Notes: a model not told the origin generated them from the letters alone. A stretch of DNA of 64,000 nucleotides from an uncultured delta proteobacterium (GCA_963785725.1 CAWAWS010000039.1:723850-787849); one strand, 5' to 3'; shown: positions 9,681-19,869, counted from the stretch's first letter. Program-made: numbers and translations.

Positions 9681-9956
9681 ATGAAACTGTATCTATTGAG
9701 CGTGGTCGAGCCCGCTGGTCCGCTGCCGCCGCCAGAATTCCTGCAGAGCGTGATGCGCGACGTCGAAGTCTTCCGCGAAGCGCTGGACCTCGACGGCTAC
9801 TACCTGTTCCACGCCATTCGCGCCGACCTGTTGCGACGGCTGGGGCGCGATGTCGAGGCGGCGCGCGCGTACGAGGCGGCGCTGGCGCGCACCGACAACG
9901 CCGCCGAGCGCGACCTCTTGCGGCGTCGACGCGCGGCGCTCGATTCGCTATCGTGA
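9681..9956 (+). pseudogene. in-frame deletion fusion of a YciI/DGPF protein N-terminus to the C-terminal TPR tail of an ECF42-type sigma factor
   Basis: First ~33 aa (MKLYLLSVVEPAGPLPPPEFLQSVMRDVEVF) resemble YciI N-termini. The rest (LDLDGYYLFHAIRADLLRRLGRDVEAARAYEAALARTDNAAERDLLRRR) is the typical end of ECF42/DUF6596 sigma factors. Confidence 0.7.
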
Positions 9957-9960
9957 GCGC

Positions 9961-11592
9961 ATGATCCGCCTGCTCGTCGTCTTGCTCGCGCTCGTGCCGT
10001 CGCTGGCTGTGGCCGATCCGTCGTCGGTGCGGCTCGGCCGGATCGACTTCCCGGTCACCGGTCCCGAAGCGGCGCGCCAACACTTCGTTCGCGGCATGCT
10101 GGCCATGCACTCGTTCTGGTACGACGAGGCGCACGACGAGTTTCTGGCGGCGACCCGAGCCGCGCCCGCGTTCGCGATGGGCTATTGGGGCGACGCGCTC
10201 TCGTATTATCACCCGGTTTGGTCGCAGGAGAACCTCGTGGCGTCGCGCGCCATCATGGCGCAGCTGCCGCCCAATGCGCCGCTGACCGAGCGCGAGCGCG
10301 ACTTCATCGCGGCGGCGAAGATCCTGTTCGGCGAAGGCGATCGCGAGACGCGTTGGCGCGACTACGCCGCGGCGCTCGGCAAGCTGCACGCGAAGTTCCC
10401 CAAAGACGACGAAGCGGCCACGCTCTATTCGGTGGCGCTGCTCGGCACCGCCCGCCGAGACGGCAGCTTTCGCCCGTTCGCCGAGGCGGCGGCGCTGTCG
10501 CTCGACGTGCTCGCGCGCAATCCGAATCATCCCGGCGCCGCGCACTACGTCATTCATGCGTTCGACAATCCCGAGCATGCGATTCTGGCGCTGCCGGCGG
10601 CGCGTCGCTACGCGCAGATCGCGCCCGAGGCGTTCCACGCGCTGCATATGCCGTCGCATATCTTCGTGCAGCTCGGCATGTGGGAGGACGCGCAGTCGTC
10701 CAATGAAGCGTCATGGGCGGCCTCGATCGCGGCGGCCACGAAGAGGCACCTCGATACCAGCTATTACGACTTCCACAGTCTCGAGTGGCTGATGTCGATT
10801 ACGTTCGAGCGCGGTCAGCGGAGACATGCGGAAGAGGTGCTGCAGCGCGGGCGAGACGCGCTCGTGCGCTCACAGGATCCCGATCGCATGCCGCTCGTCG
10901 TCGGGCGGATGGCGGCGGAATATATGCTGACGACGGGCGATTGGACGCGCATGGACGAGCTCTTGGCGCCACTGTCGACCGTCGAGGCCTCGGTCGCGCG
11001 CTCGACGACGCAGGCCAATATGCCCGGCCCCGCCTGTCACGTCGCGGTCTCGGCGCGGCGCGCGGCGGCGGAAGCGCAGGCGCTGCTGGCGTTCGCGCAC
11101 GGCGAAGCGGCGGCGGCGCGGCAAGATGCCGCGCTCGTCGACAAGAGCCGGCAGGCGCTCGTCGCCGACGTGGCCAAGATGGACAAGGACGCGGCGGACG
11201 ACTGGCAGGTCTACGCGGTCATCCTCGAGGCGCGCTCGGCCGAGCTGCACGCGCGGCCCAAAGACGCGGTCGCGGCGCTGCGTCGGGCGATCGCGCTCGA
11301 GGAGCGCTGGCCGGCTTCGGGCCCGGCCGGCGCGATCACGGCGCGCGAACGGCTGGGCGAGCTGTTCTTACGACAAGGCCGCGCCGCCGACGCGCTCGCG
11401 GAATTCGCGCGTTCGCTCGAGATACATCCGCGACGAAGCCGTTCGCTGCTCGGCGCCGCGCGCGCGGCGGCGCTCGTCAAGCGCGAGTCGGCGCGCGACT
11501 ATTATCGGCAGCTGGCCGCCAATTGGTCGAACGCCGATCAGGATTATCCCGGGTTCCACGAAGCGTTCGACGGAGTTCCAGCGCTGGAATGA
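9961..11592 (+). CDS. secreted TPR-rich protein
   Basis: Signal peptide MIRLLVVLLALVPSLAVA. LGRIDFP...F.RG...HSFWY, NPNHPGAAHYVIHAFD and HALHMPSHIF family motifs. Confidence 0.85.
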   Translation: MIRLLVVLLALVPSLAVADPSSVRLGRIDFPVTGPEAARQHFVRGMLAMHSFWYDEAHDEFLAATRAAPAFAMGYWGDALSYYHPVWSQENLVASRAIMAQLPPNAPLTERERDFIAAAKILFGEGDRETRWRDYAAALGKLHAKFPKDDEAATLYSVALLGTARRDGSFRPFAEAAALSLDVLARNPNHPGAAHYVIHAFDNPEHAILALPAARRYAQIAPEAFHALHMPSHIFVQLGMWEDAQSSNEASWAASIAAATKRHLDTSYYDFHSLEWLMSITFERGQRRHAEEVLQRGRDALVRSQDPDRMPLVVGRMAAEYMLTTGDWTRMDELLAPLSTVEASVARSTTQANMPGPACHVAVSARRAAAEAQALLAFAHGEAAAARQDAALVDKSRQALVADVAKMDKDAADDWQVYAVILEARSAELHARPKDAVAALRRAIALEERWPASGPAGAITARERLGELFLRQGRAADALAEFARSLEIHPRRSRSLLGAARAAALVKRESARDYYRQLAANWSNADQDYPGFHEAFDGVPALE

Positions 11593-11638
11593 GTCGTTGG
11601 CGTTTACAGCGGACGCGCAAAATCTCCGCGTGAAAGCG

Positions 11639-11685
11639 CGCAATCGATATCGGCCGCGGACGATTCCGCTCCGATATCGATTGCG
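11639..11685. terminator. 15-bp perfect inverted repeat between convergent genes (probable bidirectional terminator)
   Basis: cgcaatcgatatcgg (11639-11653) / ccgatatcgattgcg (11671-11685). Confidence 0.6.
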
Positions 11686-11693
11686 GTGGCGAT

Positions 11694-12719
11694 TTAGTCG
11701 GACTCGGTGAACTGGATGAACGGCGACGAGCCGCCGCCGGTCGAGCAGCTGCCGAGCTTGAGGTTATTGGTTTCGCCCGTGGTGCCGTCATTCGCGACGC
11801 AGCTGGGGGCGCTCGTCGAGCCGTCCGTCAACGCGATCTTCACGGTGATCGAGGCGCCCTTGTTGAAGACGGCCTCGGAGCCGCCGCCGTCGCCGATGAT
11901 GTTGAACTCGGACGCATTCCACGCCGTCGCCAGGTTCGTGACGGTGTCCGGCTGGTTCGTGCTGAAGGCCTCGCCCTCTGCCGTGAACACGAGCGTGTCG
12001 TTGCCATTGGCTTTGGCCGATCCCGCCATCTTGAAGCCGGACAGATTGCCGATGGCAATGGCCGGGACCGACACGGCGGCGCTGTTCTTGTAGCAGTCGT
12101 TCTCGCCGTCGGAGATGAAGGTGCGGTCGGGGCACTTGCCGATCCCGATCAGCCAATCCTGAATGAAGGCCGACTTCTCATTCGTGGAATAGACGAACTG
12201 CGACCACGACTGGCAGCCGGAGACGCCCTTGCACGCGGCCGTGCCGCTCATGAAGTTCGAGTTGAGCTGGATCGAGTAAGAATTCTTTTCACCGTCGTTG
12301 GTCTCGCTCGTGACGCCGGTGACGGTCGGGAACGTGCCCGTCGATTGCGAGATCAGTCCCGAGGCTTTGGCGGCGAAGTCGTTTCCATTGCCGACGGTGA
12401 AGGGAACATTGGCCTCGTTGCGCGACGGCGCGGGATGGCTGTGGAAGCGGATCGGCGCCTCGCTGCAGCCGATCTTCTCCCACGTCATCGCCGGATAGGC
12501 GGCGTGAAAGCAGCCCTCTTCCGCGGCCGGTGCGCGCACGATGGCCTCGCGCCACACGGCGCGGGCCGACAGCTCTGCGTCGGCCGCCGGCTCGGCGGCC
12601 GCCGGCGAAGCCGAATCCAACGTGGACGATCCACATCCGACGCACGCCGCGCCAAACGCCATCGCGCAAATTGCATTGGGCAACCAGCTGGACCTGCGAA
12701 GGCCGAATTCGGTTTGCAT
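11694..12719 (-). CDS. secreted lipoprotein, beta-rich, possibly thermopsin/glutamic-peptidase-like
   Basis: Lipobox-like ACVGC and a pro-region. Mature part has YSIQLN, WSQFVY and SEFNIIGDGGG motifs. Confidence 0.65.
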   Translation of the reverse strand: MQTEFGLRRSSWLPNAICAMAFGAACVGCGSSTLDSASPAAAEPAADAELSARAVWREAIVRAPAAEEGCFHAAYPAMTWEKIGCSEAPIRFHSHPAPSRNEANVPFTVGNGNDFAAKASGLISQSTGTFPTVTGVTSETNDGEKNSYSIQLNSNFMSGTAACKGVSGCQSWSQFVYSTNEKSAFIQDWLIGIGKCPDRTFISDGENDCYKNSAAVSVPAIAIGNLSGFKMAGSAKANGNDTLVFTAEGEAFSTNQPDTVTNLATAWNASEFNIIGDGGGSEAVFNKGASITVKIALTDGSTSAPSCVANDGTTGETNNLKLGSCSTGGGSSPFIQFTESD

Positions 12720-13133
12720 GGCTTACCATCCTCTCGATCGAGCGAGACCGTGCCCTCAAGACGCGTCGTCACCCGCAGCGAGCGGGCGCCGGGCGCAGCA
12801 GAGAAACGGCGAGGGCGCGCACCGTTCGCCGCGAGCGCAGAGCAACGCGCGCGCCATCCCGACGAGGCGCGGTGAGCGCCGGCTAGGTGGGCGGAATCGA
12901 GACAGATTTCGCGGAGTCGGCGATCGTAGTCAAACCCACGAAGAAATTCGGAGTCGTGGCATTCCGCGCCTCTAGCGGCGGGAAAAAATCGACGCGCATG
13001 TAGACAACGGTGAACGCGTTCCCTGCAGTGCGCGTCTCGCGATCGTGGTCCGACGGCGCGCGCCGCTGAGCGAGTCTCCGTCGCTGAGCGCGCGCATTCG
13101 TCGGCTGCACACGATCGTGTGAGGTCGCTGCTC

Positions 13134-13177
13134 CCACGCGCGCGTCGCGATCGCGGCGATTTGGGACGCGCGCGTGG
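13134..13177. repeat. 13-bp perfect inverted repeat in a long intergenic region
   Basis: ccacgcgcgcgtc / gacgcgcgcgtgg. Confidence 0.5.
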
Positions 13178-13377
13178 CCGAGTTGGGTCGCGATGCAACG
13201 TCGCGCCGCGGAGCGGTTGATCGCGATCACTGACGAGGCGGACGCGCAATATTGAGCGGACGATCAAAACCTGTGAGCGGCTATACGAGTCGCTGCGCGA
13301 TAGGCGGCAAAGGCGCAAGCGGTGTGGACGAGGCGAGCGCGTGCGCGGGCCGCGTTCCCAGCCGATGCGCGCCGCGT

Positions 13378-14889
13378 TCAGCGCGAGCAGCAGAGGATCG
13401 CGTGCAGCTGGCCACTGCCATAGTGGCTCACGCCGGCGATGTAGCGACCGGGGCCGCATTCTTCCTTGGTGTTGCCGTAATCCCAATCGCCGGTGGCGGC
13501 TTGGGCGCCGGGCTCGCGGTCGTCTCCGTTGTCGTTGACGAGCGTCGCGCAGCTCGATTGCGTCACGGCTCCCGGGCAGCACAAGAGATCGCGTACGCCG
13601 CCGTTCGTCGGGTCGGCGGAGACCCCGGCCACGAATTCGTTGGCCGCGCACTGTCCCTTGTAGAATCCGACGTCCCAATCGCTGAGCACGCCGCTGTCGT
13701 TGTGCTCGAAGCTCACGTCGTGGCAGCCGGTCGTGCCGTCGTGCGCCAAGCCGGACCCGTCTTTGCTGCACAGTAAGCCGCGCACGTCGACTGTCGCGGG
13801 ATTATCTGACAGTCCAATCGCCGTTTGATTGGCGCCGCACTCGCCTTTGTACGCGCCCGGCGCCCAATCACCGGTGGTCGTCACGCGGCGCGCGTCGCCG
13901 GCGGCGAAGACGAGCGCGCCCGGATTGAGCGTCGCGCTGTTCTCGTTATAGATGAGCGACGCGATCCCCGAATCGACGAAATCCATGGCCACGACGCCGT
14001 ATCGACCCGCCGGGCTGCTCGTGAAGTAGCTCGACAGATCCGGATCGATCGTATCGGAGACGATCGGGATATTCGGGATGCTGAGGAAGCTCTCGTATCC
14101 GCTCGTGTAGTTTAGATAGAAGTTGGTCGAGCTTCCCGAATAGGCGCTATTGAAGAGCGTCGTAATCTGATTCCACTTGGTGCTGTCGCTGCTGACGACA
14201 TAGTCGTCTTGAACATCGAGGATGCCGCTGACGAAGCTGGCGTTGTCGGCCCAATTCGTCGCGTCGATGCCTTTCGGTAAGCTGCTCGCGCCGAAGCGGC
14301 GGAGGAGTGTAATCTTGCCTCTGCCCGTGCGGATCGTGGGAACGCTCGAGTCCAGGTTCCATAAGCCCGGATTCTGCGCGACATAAGAGTCGAAGGTCTG
14401 CTCGAACGTCTGCGTATCTCCGGAGGCGTTGTACTCCTCCTTTACGCTCATGACGATCGCTTCCGATGGATTGGCGGCCAAGAACGCGGTCACGGCATTG
14501 AGGACGTCATTGAAGTTGGCGTTCTGATAGACGCTGCCGTGATGCATCACGAACGCGTTATTGAGGTGGCGGCAGCGCATGTCCAGGTAACGAACACCGG
14601 CGGCGAGCTGGTCGGCGAGCGCCAAGTCTTGGCAGATCGCCGTGCCCCAAACCGGCTCGTAGCGCGCCATCGAGTCGTGGGTGCCGGGGATCGAAAGCTG
14701 CGTGAGCGAGAGATCGGGGTCGAGCGCGGACATCCAATTGCTTCCGCTGATGCCGCTCAGCTGCGCGGCGCTCTCGGACGCTTGATTGCCGGCCTGACTG
14801 ACGCATCCCAAGGTCCCGCAGCCGACGCTCAGGAGAAATGCCGTACCAATCGTCAGCGACGCAGTGGCCGTTCGTCGTTCGTTTGTCAT
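13378..14889 (-). CDS. phosphatidylinositol-specific phospholipase C (PI-PLC X domain) with C-terminal Cys-rich triple-repeat domain; probable lipoprotein
   Basis: LSIPGTHDS, QLAAGVRYLDMR, MHHG, IVMSVKEE, RGKITLLRRF, GVVAMDF. Three DWxxGxxK(G/E)xC repeats at the C-terminus. Confidence 0.9.
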   Translation of the reverse strand: MTNERRTATASLTIGTAFLLSVGCGTLGCVSQAGNQASESAAQLSGISGSNWMSALDPDLSLTQLSIPGTHDSMARYEPVWGTAICQDLALADQLAAGVRYLDMRCRHLNNAFVMHHGSVYQNANFNDVLNAVTAFLAANPSEAIVMSVKEEYNASGDTQTFEQTFDSYVAQNPGLWNLDSSVPTIRTGRGKITLLRRFGASSLPKGIDATNWADNASFVSGILDVQDDYVVSSDSTKWNQITTLFNSAYSGSSTNFYLNYTSGYESFLSIPNIPIVSDTIDPDLSSYFTSSPAGRYGVVAMDFVDSGIASLIYNENSATLNPGALVFAAGDARRVTTTGDWAPGAYKGECGANQTAIGLSDNPATVDVRGLLCSKDGSGLAHDGTTGCHDVSFEHNDSGVLSDWDVGFYKGQCAANEFVAGVSADPTNGGVRDLLCCPGAVTQSSCATLVNDNGDDREPGAQAATGDWDYGNTKEECGPGRYIAGVSHYGSGQLHAILCCSR

Positions 14890-15329
14890 TCGCTTCGAGC
14901 CCTTTTTACGTAGCGATACATTCAGGCGACGCGACTCCCACAATGGGAGTCGGAATCACGCATTGCTCGCGCGGTTACGCTGCCGCCGCGGCGAAGCCGA
15001 AAGTCGACTGCGCCGAATCGATTGCGCTGATGCTCCAGCCGCAAGAGGCGTTCGCGATAGTCTCGGCCTTCTATCGACAAATCATATGCACCATACGGTC
15101 ATCTTCGTTGGGCCGCAATAGGCGCTGTATCCGCAAATGATCAGTGCGGCAGAAAGTCGCATCGGTATTCCTAAGTGCTGTCTCATTTGCGAGACGAGTG
15201 CTTCGGTTGGGAGGCATGTACTGATTGGTGTGTGAGCACGAAGGGCGCTGCTTCCGGTCGGGCGGTGTTTCGGAGCGTGGCGCGCGTGGTTTTGAGAAAG
15301 CGCGTCACGTCGGTAAGCTCCTTCGCAGC

Positions 15330-15812
15330 ATGAGCATTCGAAACGGAGGCCTCATGGCGCTCGGCGTCGGGGCGATCGCGGCCGGTCAATGGTTCGGCGA
15401 GGCGCTCGACGTCTCTTTGGTCAGCCTCGGCGAGGCGGGCGCCTTGATGCTGATGGTCGCACTGGCGCTCGCGATCGCCCGCCGAGGGGCGACGCGCGTC
15501 GTTGCCGCCGCCGTCGCCGCCCTGCTTTTCATCGGCGCCGACGCTTGGGGAAGGCGGGACAGTCAGGCCGCGTTCAATCAGTGCGTGGCGAAGGGAGAGG
15601 ATGTTCGCCACGCATTGGCGCTCTATCGAACCGCGCACGGTCATTTCCCTGATGCGCTGTCATCGCTGCGCGACATTCGCGTGGGGAGACGCATGTTGCG
15701 CAGCGATCTACTCGGGTATCGGCGCGTCGGTGATGGATACGAGCTCTCTTTCGGCGATCCTCGGGTGACCTTCACGGCCTCCGCAGCGCGACCATTTTCC
15801 GCTCACAAGTAA
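15330..15812 (+). CDS. membrane protein, hypothetical
   Basis: Three hydrophobic segments followed by ALALYRTAHGHFPDALSSL (pilin/GspG-like C-terminal pattern). Confidence 0.6.
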   Translation: MSIRNGGLMALGVGAIAAGQWFGEALDVSLVSLGEAGALMLMVALALAIARRGATRVVAAAVAALLFIGADAWGRRDSQAAFNQCVAKGEDVRHALALYRTAHGHFPDALSSLRDIRVGRRMLRSDLLGYRRVGDGYELSFGDPRVTFTASAARPFSAHK

Positions 15813-15968
15813 GGAATGAGCCGCGCGGCTGACGAGTCGGTGGTCAGCGTCGCGCTCAGTCGGGAGTCGCTCGCCTCGGCTGCGAGCTGGATGGACCTGT
15901 CATGCGCCGTCGATCGACGCAGCTTCTCGGGTACGACGACATTGAGCTCGATCGCTGGGAGGTGACAG

Positions 15969-16985
15969 ATGGCGAAGATGAAAGTCGTGCAGGTCGTTCG
16001 ACCGGGCGCTCCGTTGCAGTTGGTGGAGCGCGAGATTCCGACGCCGGGACGCAACGCGGTCCGCATCAAGGTGCAAGCGTGCGGCGTCTGCCATAGCGAC
16101 TCGATCGTGTTCAGCGGCGGCCTCCCCGGCCTCGAATATCCGCGCGTGATGGGACACGAGGTCACCGGCGTCATCGACGCGCTGGGGCCGGGCGTGATGC
16201 GCTGGAAAGTGGGGCAGCGCGTCGGCGTCGGCTGGAACGGCGGCTACGACGGAACCTGCGATCACTGCCGGCGCGGCGACTTCTTCGCCTGCGCAGCGTC
16301 GCCGACGACCGGCGTCACCGTCGATGGCGGTTATGCCGAGTACATGATCGCCGCCGAGTCCGGGCTGGCCAGCGTGCCTGACGGGCTGACGCCGACGGAG
16401 GCCGCGCCGCTCATGTGCGCCGGCATCACCACTTACAACGCGCTGCGCGACGCCGGTTTGCGCGGCGGAGACTTGGTCGCGATCTTGGGCCTCGGCGGCT
16501 TGGGCCACCTCGGCGTCCAGTTCTCGTCGAAGATGGGCTTTCGCACCGTCGCCATCGCCCGCGGCAGCGACAAGGCGGCGCTGGCGCGCGAGCTGGGCGC
16601 GGCGGTCTACATCGACAGCACCGCGGTCGATCCCGCCAAGGAGCTGGCCAAAATCGGCGGCGCGCGCGCGATCTTGGCGACCGTCACCAACAGCAAGGTC
16701 ATGAGCGCGATGATCCCGGGCCTGTCGGTCAACGGCACGCTGCTCGTGCTCGGCGTATCGGCCGATCCGATCGAGGCCCTGCCGGTTCCGATGCTGATGG
16801 GCCGGCTGGCGATTCGCGGCTGGTACTGCGGCACCTCGATCGACTCGGAAGATACGCTGGCCTTCAGCGTGGCCTCGGGTGTGCGCTCGATGAACGAAGT
16901 GTTTCCGCTGGAGCGCGCCCAGGAGGCGTTCGATCGGATGATGAGCGGGGCGGCGCGCTTTCGCGTCGTGTTGCAGATGCCTTGA
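15969..16985 (+). CDS. zinc-dependent alcohol dehydrogenase (AdhP-like)
   Basis: CGVCHSD, GHEVTG, GLGGLGH, APLMCAGITTYNALR, GGAGG RBS. Confidence 0.95.
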   Translation: MAKMKVVQVVRPGAPLQLVEREIPTPGRNAVRIKVQACGVCHSDSIVFSGGLPGLEYPRVMGHEVTGVIDALGPGVMRWKVGQRVGVGWNGGYDGTCDHCRRGDFFACAASPTTGVTVDGGYAEYMIAAESGLASVPDGLTPTEAAPLMCAGITTYNALRDAGLRGGDLVAILGLGGLGHLGVQFSSKMGFRTVAIARGSDKAALARELGAAVYIDSTAVDPAKELAKIGGARAILATVTNSKVMSAMIPGLSVNGTLLVLGVSADPIEALPVPMLMGRLAIRGWYCGTSIDSEDTLAFSVASGVRSMNEVFPLERAQEAFDRMMSGAARFRVVLQMP

Positions 16986-17047
16986 GCGAATGCCCGAAAG
17001 CGCGCCTATGGCGCTATGACGACAATGCAGTCGGCTCTAAGCGAGAC

Positions 17048-17971
17048 TCAGCGCAAGAAGCGATAGCCGAGCGCCAGGCGCACGCCGACTTCGTGCCCGT
17101 GAGACGGCACCTGCGCCAGCACTGCGTCCTGCCGCACCCATTCTTTGAATTCGGGGCCGACCAGCGCGTAGATGGTGTGCTGTCCGTGCGTATACAGATC
17201 GACGGTCAGCTCGGCGTTGGCCGCCACCACCATGGCGCCGATCATCGTCGGGTTGGTCGCCACCCAGCCTGGGTCGGGCGTCGCCGCATACGGCAGCTGC
17301 GCGATGCCGAAGCCGAGGCCGGCGGCGAAGCCGAGGCGGATTCGCGGGCTCAGCTTGATGCCCAGGGCCGGGCCGAGCGAGGCGTCGACGACGAGCGGGC
17401 CGCCGCCGACCTCCATCGTGCCGCGGACCATGAGGCTCCAGCGTTCGAATTCGGCGCCGATCCCGACGGAGAGCGCGAACGCGCCGAAGTTGAAGCCCTC
17501 GAGGCTCAGATAGGTCGCGCCAGTATCAACGGTCAGTAAGAGCCGTCGCCGCGAGGGCGTGCGCGGCCGCGGCGCGGTCGACACGACCGACCATGGCGGC
17601 GCCGGCGACGCCTCCGGCCGCGGGTCGGCGACGGTGCAATCGGACGCGACCGGCGGCGCCAGCGTCATCGCCAGCGCCACCGCGACCATGCGCGCGCGTT
17701 CGCGGCAGTCGCGCGCCTCGTCGGGGAAACGCCGCCGCTCGCCGTTCAATTGCAGCGAAAAGCTGTCGCCATTGTCCTCGACGAGAATATCCAGGCAGCA
17801 CGCCGACGGCGGGGCGATGGGTAAGAGCCGTCCCAGCTCCGCTTCGACGGCGCGCTGGCTGGGACAACCATCGGGAGGCTCGACGTGCAGCCCCGGCAGC
17901 TGCGCCTGGGCCGGCAATGCAAACACCGCCAATACGCTAACGATGACGATAAAGCTAAGCTCGAGTCTCAT
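17048..17971 (-). CDS. secreted/outer-membrane hypothetical protein, third gene of the ECF cassette
   Basis: Signal peptide, CPS...DCRERARMVAVAL N-terminal domain, beta-strand-like C-terminus ending LALGYRFLR. Confidence 0.65.
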   Translation of the reverse strand: MRLELSFIVIVSVLAVFALPAQAQLPGLHVEPPDGCPSQRAVEAELGRLLPIAPPSACCLDILVEDNGDSFSLQLNGERRRFPDEARDCRERARMVAVALAMTLAPPVASDCTVADPRPEASPAPPWSVVSTAPRPRTPSRRRLLLTVDTGATYLSLEGFNFGAFALSVGIGAEFERWSLMVRGTMEVGGGPLVVDASLGPALGIKLSPRIRLGFAAGLGFGIAQLPYAATPDPGWVATNPTMIGAMVVAANAELTVDLYTHGQHTIYALVGPEFKEWVRQDAVLAQVPSHGHEVGVRLALGYRFLR

Positions 17972-17972
17972 A

Positions 17973-18956
17973 CTAAGGAATGCCGTTCGCGCCTCCAAAG
18001 CTTTCATGCTCGGAAGCGCGGACGACTGCGCGTGCCAGTGCGGCAAAATGCCCACCCGGAAAGCGCGTCAAATAAGCGGCGGCGAAGCGAGCGGCGCCAG
18101 CGTCGTCGGCGAGCCCATGCGCGGCTTCGATGCGCAGCGCGAGGGCCTCTTCGGTCAGCGGACCCAAAGCGTGCGCGGCCAGATAGCGGTCGAGGCGCGC
18201 CGCCGCCGCCGCATCGTCGTGGTCGCGGCGCAAGAGCACGAAGGCCTCGGCGACGAGCGTCGACTCTTGCGCCGGCTGCGGCGCGGCAGGGCTGGCGGCC
18301 GGCACCTTCGCCGGGTCCGCCGACGCGCGGCCAGCGCCCGTCGCACGCGCGGCTCGCGGCGCACGCGGCAACGACGGTGCAGTTGTCGCACGCGCAGCGG
18401 ATGACGTGGTCGATGACGACGTCGCGGTCGCGATCGACGACGGAAGCGCAGGCGATGACGCGTCTGCAGTCGCTCTCGCGATCGATGGCGGCGTCGTGTT
18501 CGCCTGCGCGGTCGATGACGGAATCGCCATCGCGACGGACGACTGCGCCGGCGCGGGCGGCGACGGAGCCGTCGCGGCGGACGACGGCGCCGCCGTCGTG
18601 AGCGATGAGGTCGTCGCGTCCGCCGTGGTCGCGGCGACTGCCGCCCGCCCATCGCGCCCGTGGGCGCGTCGTGGCGACAGCGAGCCGAGGGCGCGCTGCA
18701 GCGTCGCCGTCAAGCGCGCGCCCACGACATGCCCGAGACGCGCGCGCGCCACGCCGGACAGACACAGCAGGATCACGGCGGCGATGGCCCACGGTCGCAG
18801 GACCAGCCGCCCTTCGCGCCGCGCGCGTCGCACCGCCGCCAGCACGCGCGCCCGCGAGTCGACGGACGGCCGGCGCGCCGGGACGGCGGCGAGCAGGCGC
18901 GCCGCGGCCGCGACCTGCGGATCGGAATCGTCGAGCACTTCGCGCAACCGCTTCAT
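17973..18956 (-). CDS. putative anti-sigma factor (single TM, low-complexity linker, C-terminal TPR)
   Basis: ATGA-coupled to the ECF sigma gene. TM segment WAIAAVILLCLSG. C-terminal LDRYLAAHALGPLTEEALALRIEA...YLTRFPGG. Confidence 0.7.
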   Translation of the reverse strand: MKRLREVLDDSDPQVAAAARLLAAVPARRPSVDSRARVLAAVRRARREGRLVLRPWAIAAVILLCLSGVARARLGHVVGARLTATLQRALGSLSPRRAHGRDGRAAVAATTADATTSSLTTAAPSSAATAPSPPAPAQSSVAMAIPSSTAQANTTPPSIARATADASSPALPSSIATATSSSTTSSAARATTAPSLPRAPRAARATGAGRASADPAKVPAASPAAPQPAQESTLVAEAFVLLRRDHDDAAAAARLDRYLAAHALGPLTEEALALRIEAAHGLADDAGAARFAAAYLTRFPGGHFAALARAVVRASEHESFGGANGIP

Positions 18957-19528
18957 CGGCGCTGCTCCTCGTCGGCGAGAAGACTGACCAAGCGCACGAA
19001 GTCTTTGCGCGCGTGGTGCAGCCGCGTCCAGATCGTGTTGAGCTGCGTATTCTCCAGCGCCGCGATCTCCTCACCGGTATAGCCTTCGATTTCGAAGAGG
19101 ACGAACACCCGCCGCCGCTTGTCGCTCATGCTGCCGAGCGCGCGGGCAACGGTCTGCTGGCGCTCCTTTTGCTCGAGCAGCAGCGCCGGCGTCGGCGGAG
19201 ACGGGCCGCTCGGCTGGGCCTCGACGCGACGAACGAAGAGCCGCTTGACCCACGATCGGCGCCGCTGGCGCGCGGCCAAGTGCCGCGCGATGCCGTAGAT
19301 CCAGCCGGCCAAGTTGCGGCCGTCGAAGCGATCGAGCTTGCGGTCGACGATGACGAAGATCTCCTGCGTCACGTCGTCGATATCGGCCTCGGCGACGCCC
19401 ATGGCGGCGAGCCAGCGCTGCACGTCGTGGAACCAGCGCTCGTAGATGGCGGAAAAATCGCGGGCGCTCGGCTGCACGCGTGGCACGGTCGCCAACGAGC
19501 GCTCGAATGACCGCAGAGCTGGGCGCAT
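18953..19528 (-). CDS. ECF-type RNA polymerase sigma-70 factor
   Basis: DIDDVTQEIF, WIYGIA, RRVFVLFEIEGYTGEEIA...TIWTRLHHAR. Start uncertain. Confidence 0.9.
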   Translation of the reverse strand: MRPALRSFERSLATVPRVQPSARDFSAIYERWFHDVQRWLAAMGVAEADIDDVTQEIFVIVDRKLDRFDGRNLAGWIYGIARHLAARQRRRSWVKRLFVRRVEAQPSGPSPPTPALLLEQKERQQTVARALGSMSDKRRRVFVLFEIEGYTGEEIAALENTQLNTIWTRLHHARKDFVRLVSLLADEEQRR

Positions 19529-19869
19529 ACCATTCAATGCCTTGTTCGACGGCAAAGCTTCTATCGCCGACGAAAATACTATCACGGCCGCCGCGCCGGC
19601 TCCGATGTGCCGCCGGCGTGCGCGAAGCGCGCGCCGTCATTGACGGTTCCGCGCGCTGCCTCCGCGACGAGACAGTGTCTTCGTCACATCCCGCCTCGGA
19701 CAATCGGGCTAATCTGCGCTAAATTCGGCTCCCCAAAATGGCGCCAAGCGGGCTCGATCCTGACTGCGGAGCAATGACTCGATATGTTCAGCCGTCGACA
19801 GTCAGACGTTGCCTTGATCTTTAACGCGCGCACGCCGCCGACGGTCGCCAAAGCATCCGGCCTAGCGTC

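Noticed and set aside
12720..13377. Coding potential in the intergenic region between the lipoprotein and PI-PLC
   Set aside because: The ORFs lack convincing composition, RBS or motifs. Only a hairpin was supported.
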